This document shows positions 10,889-21,965 of a stretch of 29,007 bases of DNA, piece after piece. Position 1 is the first letter of the stretch; each line of letters starts with the position of its first letter. The position numbers and the translations under genes are program-made. The DNA lies in NCBI GenBank assembly GCA_008632985.1, contig QPGO01000179.1:124001-153007 (forward strand), read 5' to 3'. This DNA is from Psammoneis japonica. Taxonomy: Eukaryota. The notes under the pieces were generated by a model. The model was not told the DNA's origin, did no database searches, and was given only the letters and a program-made list of their open reading frames with translations.

Positions 10889-11820
10889 ATGTGTGTCAAA
10901 TGTCAAGAAATGAAGTGCAATGTTGAGAAGCACCCTTGCAGTTCTCGTGGTGCAGTGCCAGCTTTTGTCCAAATGTTTTGCAAGGTGCAAAACAAGGCCT
11001 CCAACAAAACAACTTTTGCATGTCCCATGGCATTGACAGCGGTGAACAAGGAAGAGCACATGAGTTTTCCCGCAGGCTCCAGTTTGGAACCTTTTGGATG
11101 CAGCAAAAACGGGTGGAGACCTGCCACCTGCAAAGGCTCGTCAAACCTTGTGTCAAGGGGAATGTCCGCCATTGAATTGACATGGACTTGTTCTGCATGT
11201 GGGGCCAATTGCACTTGTGTCTCTTGATGCCACTGTCCTGAGAACTCATTTTGCAGACAAACTGCAAAACGGAAAATGTTGGACGCACTTGCCACTCATT
11301 GCACAAGGGTTTGAGCAAGGGATGTGATTCAACTGCAAATGAGGCTCACGCAAGGCATGGCATTCATGAAGAAAGAGTCATGCCTCCAACTGTGGGGTTG
11401 AAGCTTGATGTGACACAAAGTGTGGATTGGAAACTTGATGATCCAACACCTGATGGAGAAAGTCCACCTGCACTTCATTGAACGATCCTCATGCACAACC
11501 ACCACAAAGCCTTTTTGTTTGACTTTCTGGACTGCATCGGGATCTGCAGTGTGCATCATTGCCAAGGATGACAAGGATTTTGGGGTTGGCAGGCGCCTGG
11601 ACTTTGGTCTCACCCACGCCATGGAAAAGAGGTTTGCGTGGCCATTTTCAGTGAACTCCTGGCCACCCCCCACAACTCCAATGACATTGAGGGAATGACA
11701 GCGCACTCATCTGTCAGCAGACAGACCCAGACAGAAATGCAGAGGTTGACTTTCTCTTGTTCCAGACAACTTTTCTACATGAAGCACCTGCCAATTGTTT
11801 CTGCGTGGAGTTCTGCATGA
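10889..11820 (+). pseudogene. Degraded gene of unknown function
   Basis: Successive protein-like plus-strand ORF pieces (10889-11227, 11251-11481, 11638-11820) separated by TGA stops or frameshifts. No recognised motif. Confidence 0.3.
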
Positions 11821-11845
11821 ATTTTGTGCCAAAAACTCGTCACCA

Positions 11846-13207
11846 TGACAAATCCTCCGCCGCCGCAGGCTGGCCCTGCCAGCGAGTCTCTTCCTTGTCC
11901 TCCCCCTGATGAGGACACCACTCCATCCACTCCAGCCAGAGCTGGATCCAGAAAACCCGAAAGCTCTTTGTCAAAAGAGATTGCCGCCCGTTTTGAACTC
12001 ACCTCTTCTGACGACAACGCATCCACGGTGGCATTGGCGGTGGGTCATGCTGCAATTCTGAATGCCCCTCAGCAGAAAGCCACCCAAGATCCCTTGATGA
12101 ACAAGATGGCAATTGTGCCCAATCATGGCCCAAAAATTCCTGGGGTCAATGTTGTTGAGTGGACTTCCGGGCTCACTCATTCTCAACACTTCATTGTGCA
12201 ACACATGAGCTTCAGAAGCTTTGCAATCCCCCACCGTTCAACTGGTCGCTTTGGTGCAAAGAGCGTTAAAAATGTTTTGTGATGAAATGGGTTGTCTGCA
12301 TTTCTGTTGTGAGGACGTCACCCTGCAGGGATCATGCACATCCTGTGGTCAATTTTGTGAAGGACACCGCGACGTAAAAAACTGCACCTGGCTTCTGTGT
12401 CGGAAAACAGCCGCTGGTTGTTTCTTTGTCATGGATGCCTTTGGCGATGTGTGGTCCTTCAAGGTGGTCACCAACAGCAGAAGCCCCATTGGTCAATGCT
12501 GTGACGACAAGCACGACATGAACCGGATGTTGACTTGGATGCACCACTGCCAAGCTCAGCTTGACTTTGTGCTTGAAGACATGGATCTCCAACACGATGG
12601 TCCCACCCATCCTGACTCTGTCCCAACCGCGTGCAAATTCAAAAAACTCTCACTTGATGACAGCCGTCCATGGAATGAAGTTGTCATTGGCGGAGGCGGT
12701 GACACGGGAATTCCCCGTGTGCACATGGATCGGCTTGAGTTCCCCACATTCCCTGTGAGGGACTTTCACCTGTCCACCCCAAGCACAGCTCTGTTCCGTT
12801 TCAAGAACATCGTGCACAGATCTGGGCCAGATCCGAAGCGAGTCATGCAGTTGGCCATTCATGCTGGTTGTCTGACTGGGCATAGCCGATTCTACACTGC
12901 AAATGAGAATCACTCTGAACAAGCTGTTTTCACTCTAAATAAAAAACAAACAGAGCATTTTGCTCCAGTTGCAAGTGCTGAACAATCAATTGTGGCTTTG
13001 CTCTGTTTGAGCCACAGTCAGAGCAACATGCTCTGTGCACAAGACAATCAGAGCAAAATGCCAACATTTGCCCTGTTCAACCGCATTCAGAGGATGCCTT
13101 TGACCAAGTCCAATCATTCAGGGCATTTGCTTCAAACAACTGCAGCCTCCTGCGACCTTTTACATTCTCAGAGCAAATGGTTTTTTTTCAAAGCAAACGA
13201 ACAATGA
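11846..13207 (+). pseudogene. Compact TET/JBP-like module (paralog 2) with Pro/Ser-rich N-terminus
   Basis: EDVTLQ...FCEGHRDVKNC (His codon at 12365; cf. TET2 HAHRDLHN), followed ~20 aa later by VWSFKVVTNSRSP. Spacing is similar to paralogs 1 and 3. Confidence 0.5.
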
Positions 13208-13520
13208 ACACACACACACACAATGAGACGCAATGATGGACGATTCAAAGCGTCATTGGCGCACATGCACGCATGCATTCATGGTTGCATGTCAATGCTC
13301 GTAATCTCGTTTTTGTTTGTGGCGATCTCGATGAGCATCGTTGTTGCTCTGTTGTTGTCAATTGTCGCCTTTGTCGGCGCATTGCACACACAACACAATT
13401 TTTGCATTTCCACCTTTGTCTGCACAAGTCATGGCCTCCACAGCCTTCTCCACATGCTGCAAACATTGCTTCTCGACTGTTCCATTGACTCAATGTGACA
13501 ACTCCAACAGCATCGTAAAC

Positions 13521-16500
13521 ATGGGTGATTGCCTCCATTCCGGCAAATGTCTCAACCCGGAGTGTTCAGTTGATTCCTTTTTTGTCTGCGAATGTTGCTG
13601 GAACAGCAGCAACACAAACAGCGGTGGTCGTCATCTTCCAATTCTTAAAGATTGGAAAACCTGCGTCAAGCACGCCAAAACTCCAACTCATGTGCAATCC
13701 TTTGAAGCTTTGAAAGTCGCACCAACAAGCAGTGCAAATGCTGTGTGTGCGCCGGCGGAGCCTGCACACGACGAATGTTGGTGCAACGATGACAATGACG
13801 CCTCTGTTTCCGAGAGCAAGGAGCCTTCCAACCAAGATGATTGGATTTACGACGTCAATGATGCCGGCTCACGTCCTCCATTGCGCATTGATGATCTCGA
13901 CAAGGTTTTGATCCGGGCTCCAACAGCCCGGCCTTTTTTTGGTGCGAGCATTCGCACCCCGGACAAGGCATCCAGAAATTGACAGCTGACGCTTTCGAAT
14001 TGCCCGTCACCGAGGTGACCAAAGAAGAGGCCCATTTTTCACTTGTGATGGCTGGCCTGCTTTCACAACTCACCAAGAAACAACGTGAATTGTTGGCAGA
14101 ATGCATGCTGCAAGCCACAAACAGCCGTGATCCAGACTTGTCCATTTTTCGTCGGACTCGTGTCCCCACTTCTGTGAAAGATTTTGAAATGTTGCATTTG
14201 TCCAGCAAACGTGCCATTGTGCCAAATTTGCCTCATCCTGTTCCCAGGAAAACCGATGATGGCAGTCATTCCTGTGTTTCTTTTAAAGACGTGCTTGCAA
14301 ATGAGTTGGCAAAAGCCACGCAATTTGACAAGTTCTATTTTGATGCGGACGTCATTGTTCAAGATTCGCAACCTGCCATTTCGCGCACACCGGCGGCGCA
14401 TTCCTTGTTCATGGAACTTAAAGAAGATGTCGACGGTTTTGTGTTGTGTCTTTGGGTGCGAGAATGGCGTGATGACTTCGATCCCAACGGCACGAAGAAG
14501 TCACGCAATCAAGTGTGGCTTGACACGCACACCTGCTGCCCTCCTCCCAATTCTTCCAGTGGATGCCACACCCACTTCATGGCAATGTCGTCCAAGGGAG
14601 AAAATCATGAAGTTGTGGAGACAACATTTGAACGTGAACTGCAGTCGTTGTCTGAAGAATGCCATTGGTTTTACCATGGCGGCCTGCAGAAGCTCATGCG
14701 GGTTAAAGCTGGCAAACTCAGTGTTTGTGTGGATCGGCCTGAACGTTCCTGCATGTTTCGTGTTGGAGACCACAATGGCAGCTGTTCAACGTTTTGGGAA
14801 CATGCCTGTCATGTAGATGGAAACTGTTCTTTCAATCACTTGCCTCATTGTCAGCTCTGTCGCAAAGCACATGTGAGCAACCATTTTAGCACGTCCGAGG
14901 ATCCTTCTGATGTCGCTGACAATTCACAGGAAGAAGGAGCACCAGTGGATGGCGCAGTTGCAATCAACGTTCCTCCTGTTTCTAGCACATGTCCACACAA
15001 TGCTTGTGCATCCTGGAATGTGTTCGACACCGCGTTTCGTTTTCTGGCTCCGGCTGACTGCCCCTGTTCACATGACCAACGCGAAGGTGCACCGAAACCT
15101 CCCACTGGCAGGGAAGTGACTGTCTTCAACCCGTCGGCACATGACATCCAATCCACTCAAGACTTGGCCACAGATCCATCCACATCGACCGATTCTTCTC
15201 GTCGCAGACGCAAACGCCAACGTGTGGCCGCCCCAAGACAATGGTTGGCCTCCATCAAACTCACTGTTCCCTGGTTCAGCAAGCGATCGTGTTTGCGCAT
15301 CACAACATGAGAACACATCCGCCGGGCACCCCAAGTGCCAAGCGCTTTTGGACCAAAGCAACCTCACGGCCCATCTTCGCACTTGTGCCGTCATCCAACG
15401 CCACATCGACACAGTGTGCGCAGCTGCAAAATGCAATCTGCCTTGCCCAACACATCCAGCACCTTGGCTCAATCCCAAAGCACTTTCACGTTGTCATTGT
15501 GCACCAATGCACACCATTGGTCTGGGCAATGTTAAAAGTGATTTCGAAATGATGTCCAAATTGTTCTCTCGATTTGAACTTCAGGCAACCTTTGGAAAGC
15601 AAGCAAACAAATGCTTGCGGTCCATCCAGTCCCTCCGATCAACCAAATGTTTTGCGGCTCATCCACTGTCCACCAGCAAGTGAGGCACAGGTCCCTGGGT
15701 CAGTGAAAATTGCTTCTTTTGGGCAAGGACAGTAAAATTTATGGTCACGCTGCCTTCGCTTCACCAACAACGGGCAATGGACAATCACTCGGATCATGCA
15801 GGTGTGTCACGGATGTTGCTTCGATTCGCTTCTGCCACACAAGCTTGTCTGAGCCGAGTCATGTCTTCGAAGCGCGTTGTTGGGGACCTTCACGAAATGG
15901 TTTTGATGTTTTGGATGCAATGGTCGAGATGGACATGTGGTTGATGAAAGCACCCTCAGATGAGGCAGACAACGATGCCGTAGAAGGCGACGGTGAAGTT
16001 CAGAAGAAAAAGAAAAAAAGGCGAACTTTGTGAAATCTGTTTCACTTGGAATGCTGGGAGTCGCCGAATCCCACCAACATGATGGACCGCCATTTGCATT
16101 GGAGGGTGACGATTCTGGAGAAAGTGGTGTGCAAACTGTGAGGCCAGAGGTCAGCATCAAACGCAGCAATGCAGACTGGCAAACAATCGCTTTGCGTCAC
16201 ATTCACCAACAGGCAACCATTTCTTGGCTTTTAGAACGTGACAGTGAGAAAGGTTCATCGAAGAACAGACGTCTAGATGGCATCTTCAAAATCTACAGCA
16301 ACTGGAACACATTGTTGGAGGCAAGACAGCATGCCTTCCCTTGCTGCCTTGTCGTCCGATTGCACTGTGTGGTTGTTGTTTCGACCAGTGGGTGAAAAAG
16401 GAGCCACTCGCTCCTCTGCAACTGCAGTTGCTTTAGAATTTGTGGATGAGGAAGGTGAAGAAATTTTGGACTTGTGTTGGATGGCGCCAGTTCAAGCAAC

Positions 16501-16717
16501 AGACAGGAGAAAATCATTTGATGCGGCAACAGATCTTTGCAACAGTTTGGGACATCAGTTTGTGCTGGCATTGCCAAGGATGGAAGATGATGGTGAAACG
16601 TTCCTAAACAGCTTTCATTGTGTCAGCCATCTGTGGAATGAAAGAACCAGAGATGGATGCTTTGTGAAATCGGAACTCAGCTTGGACGTTTTCGACGATT
16701 GGTTGACAGCCGGCTAA
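13521..16717 (+). mobile_element. CACTA/EnSpm (CMC)- or Plavaka-like transposase pseudogene with N-terminal Zn finger
   Basis: N-terminal CxxxxC..CxxC..HxxxxxH. Core motifs LWVREWRDDFDPNGTKKSRNQVW, CVDRPER..GDHNG, CQLC, APMHTIGLGNVK, PWVSEN and a C-terminal HDGP..EG...E segment. Several frameshifts and TGA stops; ends at TAA 16715-16717. Confidence 0.72.
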
Positions 16718-16920
16718 CCATCAACTGCTCTGTCATCCGTCTCGGTTGACAATCCAGCCTGTGTGGGGGAGACAATGGCATGAGCAGTGCACGTGCTCCA
16801 ATGGTGGATAGACCCGTGAAGGAGCAGCGCACATGCTCTTTTGTTTAAAGACGCGCTGTTGTGGCCGACACGCAGCTAGCTGCGGGGGATAAGAAGGACA
16901 TGCGAGCTGGGTGTCTGCTC

Positions 16921-19228
16921 TCATTTCATGTTCCTCTTTTTCTTTATGAAGCAGAACTGTGCAGATTGGTCCCTCATTGCGTTTGACATTTTGTTTTTGG
17001 CCAAAACACCCAACATCGCCTCTGGTGGATTAGACAGCAGTTTGTTGAAATTGAACTCAAATGCAATTTGAATGGGGCCATGATCCCAGGTCGACCCGGC
17101 CCAATCATTGTCCTCACACAGTTCTTTGGCAATCTCCTCCATCGTTTTTTCCTCACTTTTGTCTGAAAAGTTTTGGATTGATCCACCGGGAGGCAGCAGC
17201 TCTTCGGGGTCACTGGAACCATCAAAGTGACAAAGAAAATTCGCCTCATCGTGGAAAACAAAAAATGACATTCCTGCAAAATGGACATCGCAGCAGCTCA
17301 CCCTCCCTTTGCTGATCCAGAAGCGAAACATTTTGCAAAGAATGTTCTCAACAAAACGAATGGTGAAGTGAGTGTCTTTCTTGTCATCACCCCCGGGGTT
17401 GTTCAACTGCACAGTGAATGCACCCTGTGTGGTTTGAGCCAAACGGAACATGTCCGCATCGTCCATCTTGCCCAGTCCACATTCTTCGGCAATTTTTGTG
17501 TCAGGGAGGGAATCCTTTTTGCAGTGGCAATGATGCAGCATCCAAATGGGAAGCTGGCCAATTTCTGCCATGATCGCAATCGAATGATTGAGATGCAAGA
17601 CGTTGCATTGCGGGGAGAATTCAGACAACTGATTCATCAGTTTCTTGCAAACAGAGACGATGTCTTTGTTTTGTGGCTTGTTTGCATGCTCATTCCAAAT
17701 GTCACAAATCCACTTTCCCTTTTTGTCATTCCGTTTTTTCCATTCAGCCTTGGTTGGGAAGGGTGGTCTCTTGCTGCGCGATGCACATCGTAGAGGGATG
17801 CCTCTAGAATGTGCCTCTTTTACGTGGACCATCATTTCATAAATGAGATGTCCCAATCAACGGATAAAAGAACCAACGCAACTGCTCCAAAGCAATGTGA
17901 CTGCGCCGGGCACACCTCGAAGCAAGTCTGAACAGCAACAATCTGCGGCAACGCAAGTGAGAATTTGTCAATCATTGCGACAATGAAGTGTAGAAAGAGC
18001 TGGTGGCATGACGTTGGCTCCATGTTGCAGTCGCCTTTTAATGCATTGATTCCTTTGTGTCCCTTAAATCCTGTCAAGTGATCACAGACAATTGCCGGCT
18101 CCAGTGCTGCCGGTGCAGAGGCAAGTTTTGGCAGGCGCGAATGGCTCGTGTTGTGACGGGCAAGGCAAGTCGAATCCTCTTCTCCGCAGTTTCTACAGAA
18201 CTGCGGGTGCAAGCAATGGCAGCATCTCTTGTTTCTCCATCATCTCTGATTTTTGAAACAGACAAAACTGGGGTCATGTCTTTGTTTTGGCCGTTGCATT
18301 CATCCGAGTGGCAATCCACAATTTTGCCAAATTTGGCATTCGCCAGACGCAGTGCCTCCACGACATTGTTTGTTGAGGCATCCGGCAACGAACCCGCACA
18401 GTCTTGACGTCGGTTTTTCATCTCTTCATTGTGCCACAATCTAGATGTAAAAGTGGGATTCAGTGTCTCCGCAATTTCAGACATTGACTCAAAAAAAGGC
18501 ATTGCTTCCTCAGTCCCTTTCCCAACTCGAGGCCGTGCAACACCATCAGCATGGCCTTCCCTTGCAGTGCTTGTGTTGGTGCAAACGCCGAAATCTGCAA
18601 AGTGGTCCTTTGGTTGACAATGGGTCCCAGTTTTCTTGGGCTTGTTGCTTTTCTTTTTCTGAAAACGTTTTCTCTTGCCAGTTTTCTTGCCAACATTGCC
18701 TTTCCTTGTTTTCTTTCCCTGGTTGCTTTTCGACTCACGTTCATGGCATTTGTCAATCAGCACGCGCGATCGGTCCCAGTCAATGCGGCAGATTGGGTGT
18801 TTGTTTGGAAAGTGGTTGAGCACCAACATGAAGTCATTGCAATGGTCGGAATCAACATCACACAAGGACCATTTGATGTCAGTTTCATCCTGTCCAAGTG
18901 TTGACGCCAAATCCGGAATTGGCACTTGGCAGTGGGAGATGTCTGCTCTGCTTGCCAAGCAAACCTGCAGTTTCGACTGGAAGACAACATGCAGATGGGT
19001 GGCATGCTTTTGCCTGCGCTCTCCAGACAGTTTCCCCAAATTGTCAAGTGCTTTGGCTTTTCCAGAATTGTGACGGAAGCAAGCACTGTTCATCTCCTCA
19101 ATCACAAAAACAACATTGAACATGTTTTTGGCATGCAAGCTCTCTTCTTGTGGCAGGGAACGGGACAACACCATTTTCTCCCGCCGAGTCTTGCAGTTGC
19201 CAGTGAAAGTTGGACGCTGCATCTGCAA
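16921..19228 (-). pseudogene. Compact TET/JBP-like module + helical ENxxC domain (paralog 3), frameshifted
   Basis: NVVEALRL...VDCHSDECN (His codon at 18308-18310), then ETRDAAIACTRSS (18194-18234). Downstream FVENILCKMFR (~17325-17355) and DVHFAGM match ENIVCEAFR and DVCFLDM of paralog 1. Confidence 0.55.
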
Positions 19229-20583
19229 GGGCAGTGATGCCTCAAAAGCGCTTGAATGGCAATCAGATGATTGTCTCTGCTTCCATTGGGCAAATCAGAA
19301 TCGGAGAAATCAATGGGAAGTGCTGACACAAATGCGCCATCATGCCAATGCGATGATTGGTCACTCTGACTTGAGAAAACAGAATCAATGACATTGCTGT
19401 TCATTGATTGTTCCTCAACGTGATGCACAGAAGCCGAGTCCTCATGGCGTTTTGCTTCTTCCCGCATGTGCTGCTCACTCAGCAAGCAAAGCAACCGGTC
19501 TGCTGGTCTTCGCTTGCGAGGAGGTGGAGACCGTCCCAGGGGAGATTCCAGGCTGCATGACCTGGATGTGGCAGATCTTGTGCGGTGTGAGATTGGACTG
19601 CTGCTTCTGTTTCTGCGGAGTCGCATTTGATGAAATGGGACCATGCCAATGTTGGTGGGTTGACTTGCTCTGCTTGAACTCCTTGAGCGGATGCTGTCAT
19701 CTGCAGAACGTGCGGGAGGATGGCTTTTGTCCCAACCGCGACTCTCAGATTTCCTCGATGCACCCTGCCTGTGCGAGCGCAACGAATGCCTGGGTTTGCG
19801 AACACGCGATCGACCCCGACACCTGGATGGTGACCTCAACATTGTTGGAGACCTGTTTTTTGACCTGGAGGGTGACCTGCACCTGGATGGTGACCTGTGC
19901 GGTGACCTGTGTCTGCGCCGAGGTGACAACCTAGACCTTTCATTGGAAGAATCCAGAGACCTTCGACAAGACCATTGTGGTGAACTGGATGGAGACCTTT
20001 GGCGTGACCTCTGCCGCGATTGCGATCGACCGTGGTGATCCCCACATGGAGAGCAAGGAACAGCGCCACAACGTTCCCTGCAACTGTGCCAGGAACTTGA
20101 GTGATGGCGACCCATGGATGGTGACCGACACTGTTGCAGATGCCATCGACGAGAATGAGACCTAGACCCAGAATGGCGAGACCTTGATCGACAAGGAGAA
20201 CCACGCGAAGAAGTTCCAGAACAACAACGATGTCTGGTCCAATGACGCGATCAAGACCGAGAACTTGACAAAGAGCGAGACCGAGGACTTGACCAAGACC
20301 GGGACGGCAATTGACACCTTCGTCGTTGGTGGGAATTTGACCTCGACCTGCATCGCCGTTTGGACAGTCTGCGTTCCCTGGATCCGTTGTTTGGATTTGA
20401 CCACAACCGACCTGTGGAACTTTGAACAGGCGATTTGGATCTTTGACGAATCAAGCGACCCGGCAGATTTCTTGATGGACGTGCACTCCTTGTCCTTCTT
20501 CCCTCAGGAGCGCCGGATCTGCTGCAAGCGGGAGCGTCACATTTGCCTTTTCTGTGGTGCATGGATGGCTGGAATTTGAGCAA
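19102..20583 (-). pseudogene. Arg/Ser(Pro)-rich low-complexity coding region, probably the N-terminal part of paralog 3
   Basis: ORFs 20251-20583 and 19102-20115 share a frame, interrupted by TGA. They encode RSRSP/RSPSR repeats on the same strand as, and overlapping, the 18074-19228 ORF. Confidence 0.5.
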
Positions 20584-21253
20584 GCAGATGCTTCAATGAA
20601 AAACAATGAGAGCAGAACAGCTTCACAACTCCTTTGTCATTTGCACGAGAATGTGATCGTGCGATGATGATGTCGCCTTTGTGTGGTCGTGATTGAGAGA
20701 TGATGCATGTTGGGTGAGTCAGAACATCGGAATCCGGAATTTTGCATGTCATCCCCTCACGTGGCCAACTGGTTGTGGCCGCCTGCAGCGCCACAAACAG
20801 AACACCACAAAAATTCTGCACTCATTGTAGAATTCAACAAGAAAATGAGTCCCCTCTTTTCCACAACATCGCTGCATTTGCCGCATGTTGCAACAACACA
20901 AATGTCGGAAAAGCATGCATCCATGACACCGCCGCTGACACCGCTGTTGTCATCAAACTTTGCTGTTTGTGCAATGCTGTTGTCATTCATCCTTCCATTG
21001 CATGTTGTCATTTTTGTCAACTTGTTGACAAGTGTTGACAACATTGTGACCTTTGGCAAAGGTTCATTGCAAGACACCACCAGAACCAAAACTTCATCGC
21101 TGCTGTGAGAACAATGCTGAGCTCACGGCGCAGTCTGTGCGTTGTTTCTTTATCTCGCATCTCAGACAATTTGGTGTGCATGCTGCACTTCGTTGACTCT
21201 TTACAATCATCATCAGGTGCTGCCACGAAATTGGTCACAGACAAAGTCAGCAA

Positions 21254-21923
21254 CTTCCCTGTGTCTCTGCGTCAACTGCTGACAATTGCACAGCAACGGA
21301 CGAGTGGGACTGCCAGTCCGTCGCCCAGCGATGTTCCGCCAATCGGTTTTCAACAATGAGACCTGGAGAACTGGCTGGGGCACCCTCGTTGTGTCGCACA
21401 GTTTGAAGAAAAGGGGACCGGCTGATCTGGGTTGTGTTGGCAGACGGCGCAAGCTCCTTTTTCCTTGACGTTGTCAAGAACACACATGTTCCAAGGCCAC
21501 CATTGTCGGTGGGTCGTCTCCGTCTGTCATGTCTCTTCCCTGCATCTCCACGTCAACTGCCAACAATTGTGCAGCAACGGACGAGTGGGACTGCCAGTCC
21601 GTCGCCCAGCGACAATCCGCGATCGGTTTTCAATGATGAGACCTGGAGAACTGGCTGGGGCACCCTCGTTGTGTTGCACAGTTTGAAGAAAAGGGGACCG
21701 GCTGATCTGGGTTGTGTTGGCAGACGGCGTGAGCTCCTTTTTCCTTGACGTTGTCAAGAACATGTGTGTTCCAAGGCCACTGTTGTCGGTGGGTCGTCTC
21801 CGTCTGTTGCATCTCTTCCCTGTGTTTCCGCGTCTGTCGCCCACCGACAGTCCGCCAATTGGGTTTTCAACAATGAGACCTGGAGAACTGGCTGGGGCAC
21901 TCTCGTTGTGTTGTGCAGTTTGA
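21254..21923. repeat. ~280-bp tandem repeat (two full copies and one internally deleted partial copy)
   Basis: Units start CTTCCCTG at 21254, 21535 and 21815. Long identical blocks include GAGACCTGGAGAACTGGCTGGGGCAC in all three. Confidence 0.96.
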
Positions 21924-21965
21924 CGCAAACAAGGCAGCAGCAAAGGGAAGCGAGGATTCCCTGCG

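Noticed and set aside
13208..13222. (CA)n tracts here and at 301-311 as converted (TA)n microsatellites
   Set aside because: Plausible but untestable from this window; short CA repeats are common.
21254..21814. CpG deamination as the sole cause of the CA/TG swaps
   Set aside because: Most CpGs are intact in both copies, single-hit CG differences are rare, and conserved Tyr codons show TA ancestry.
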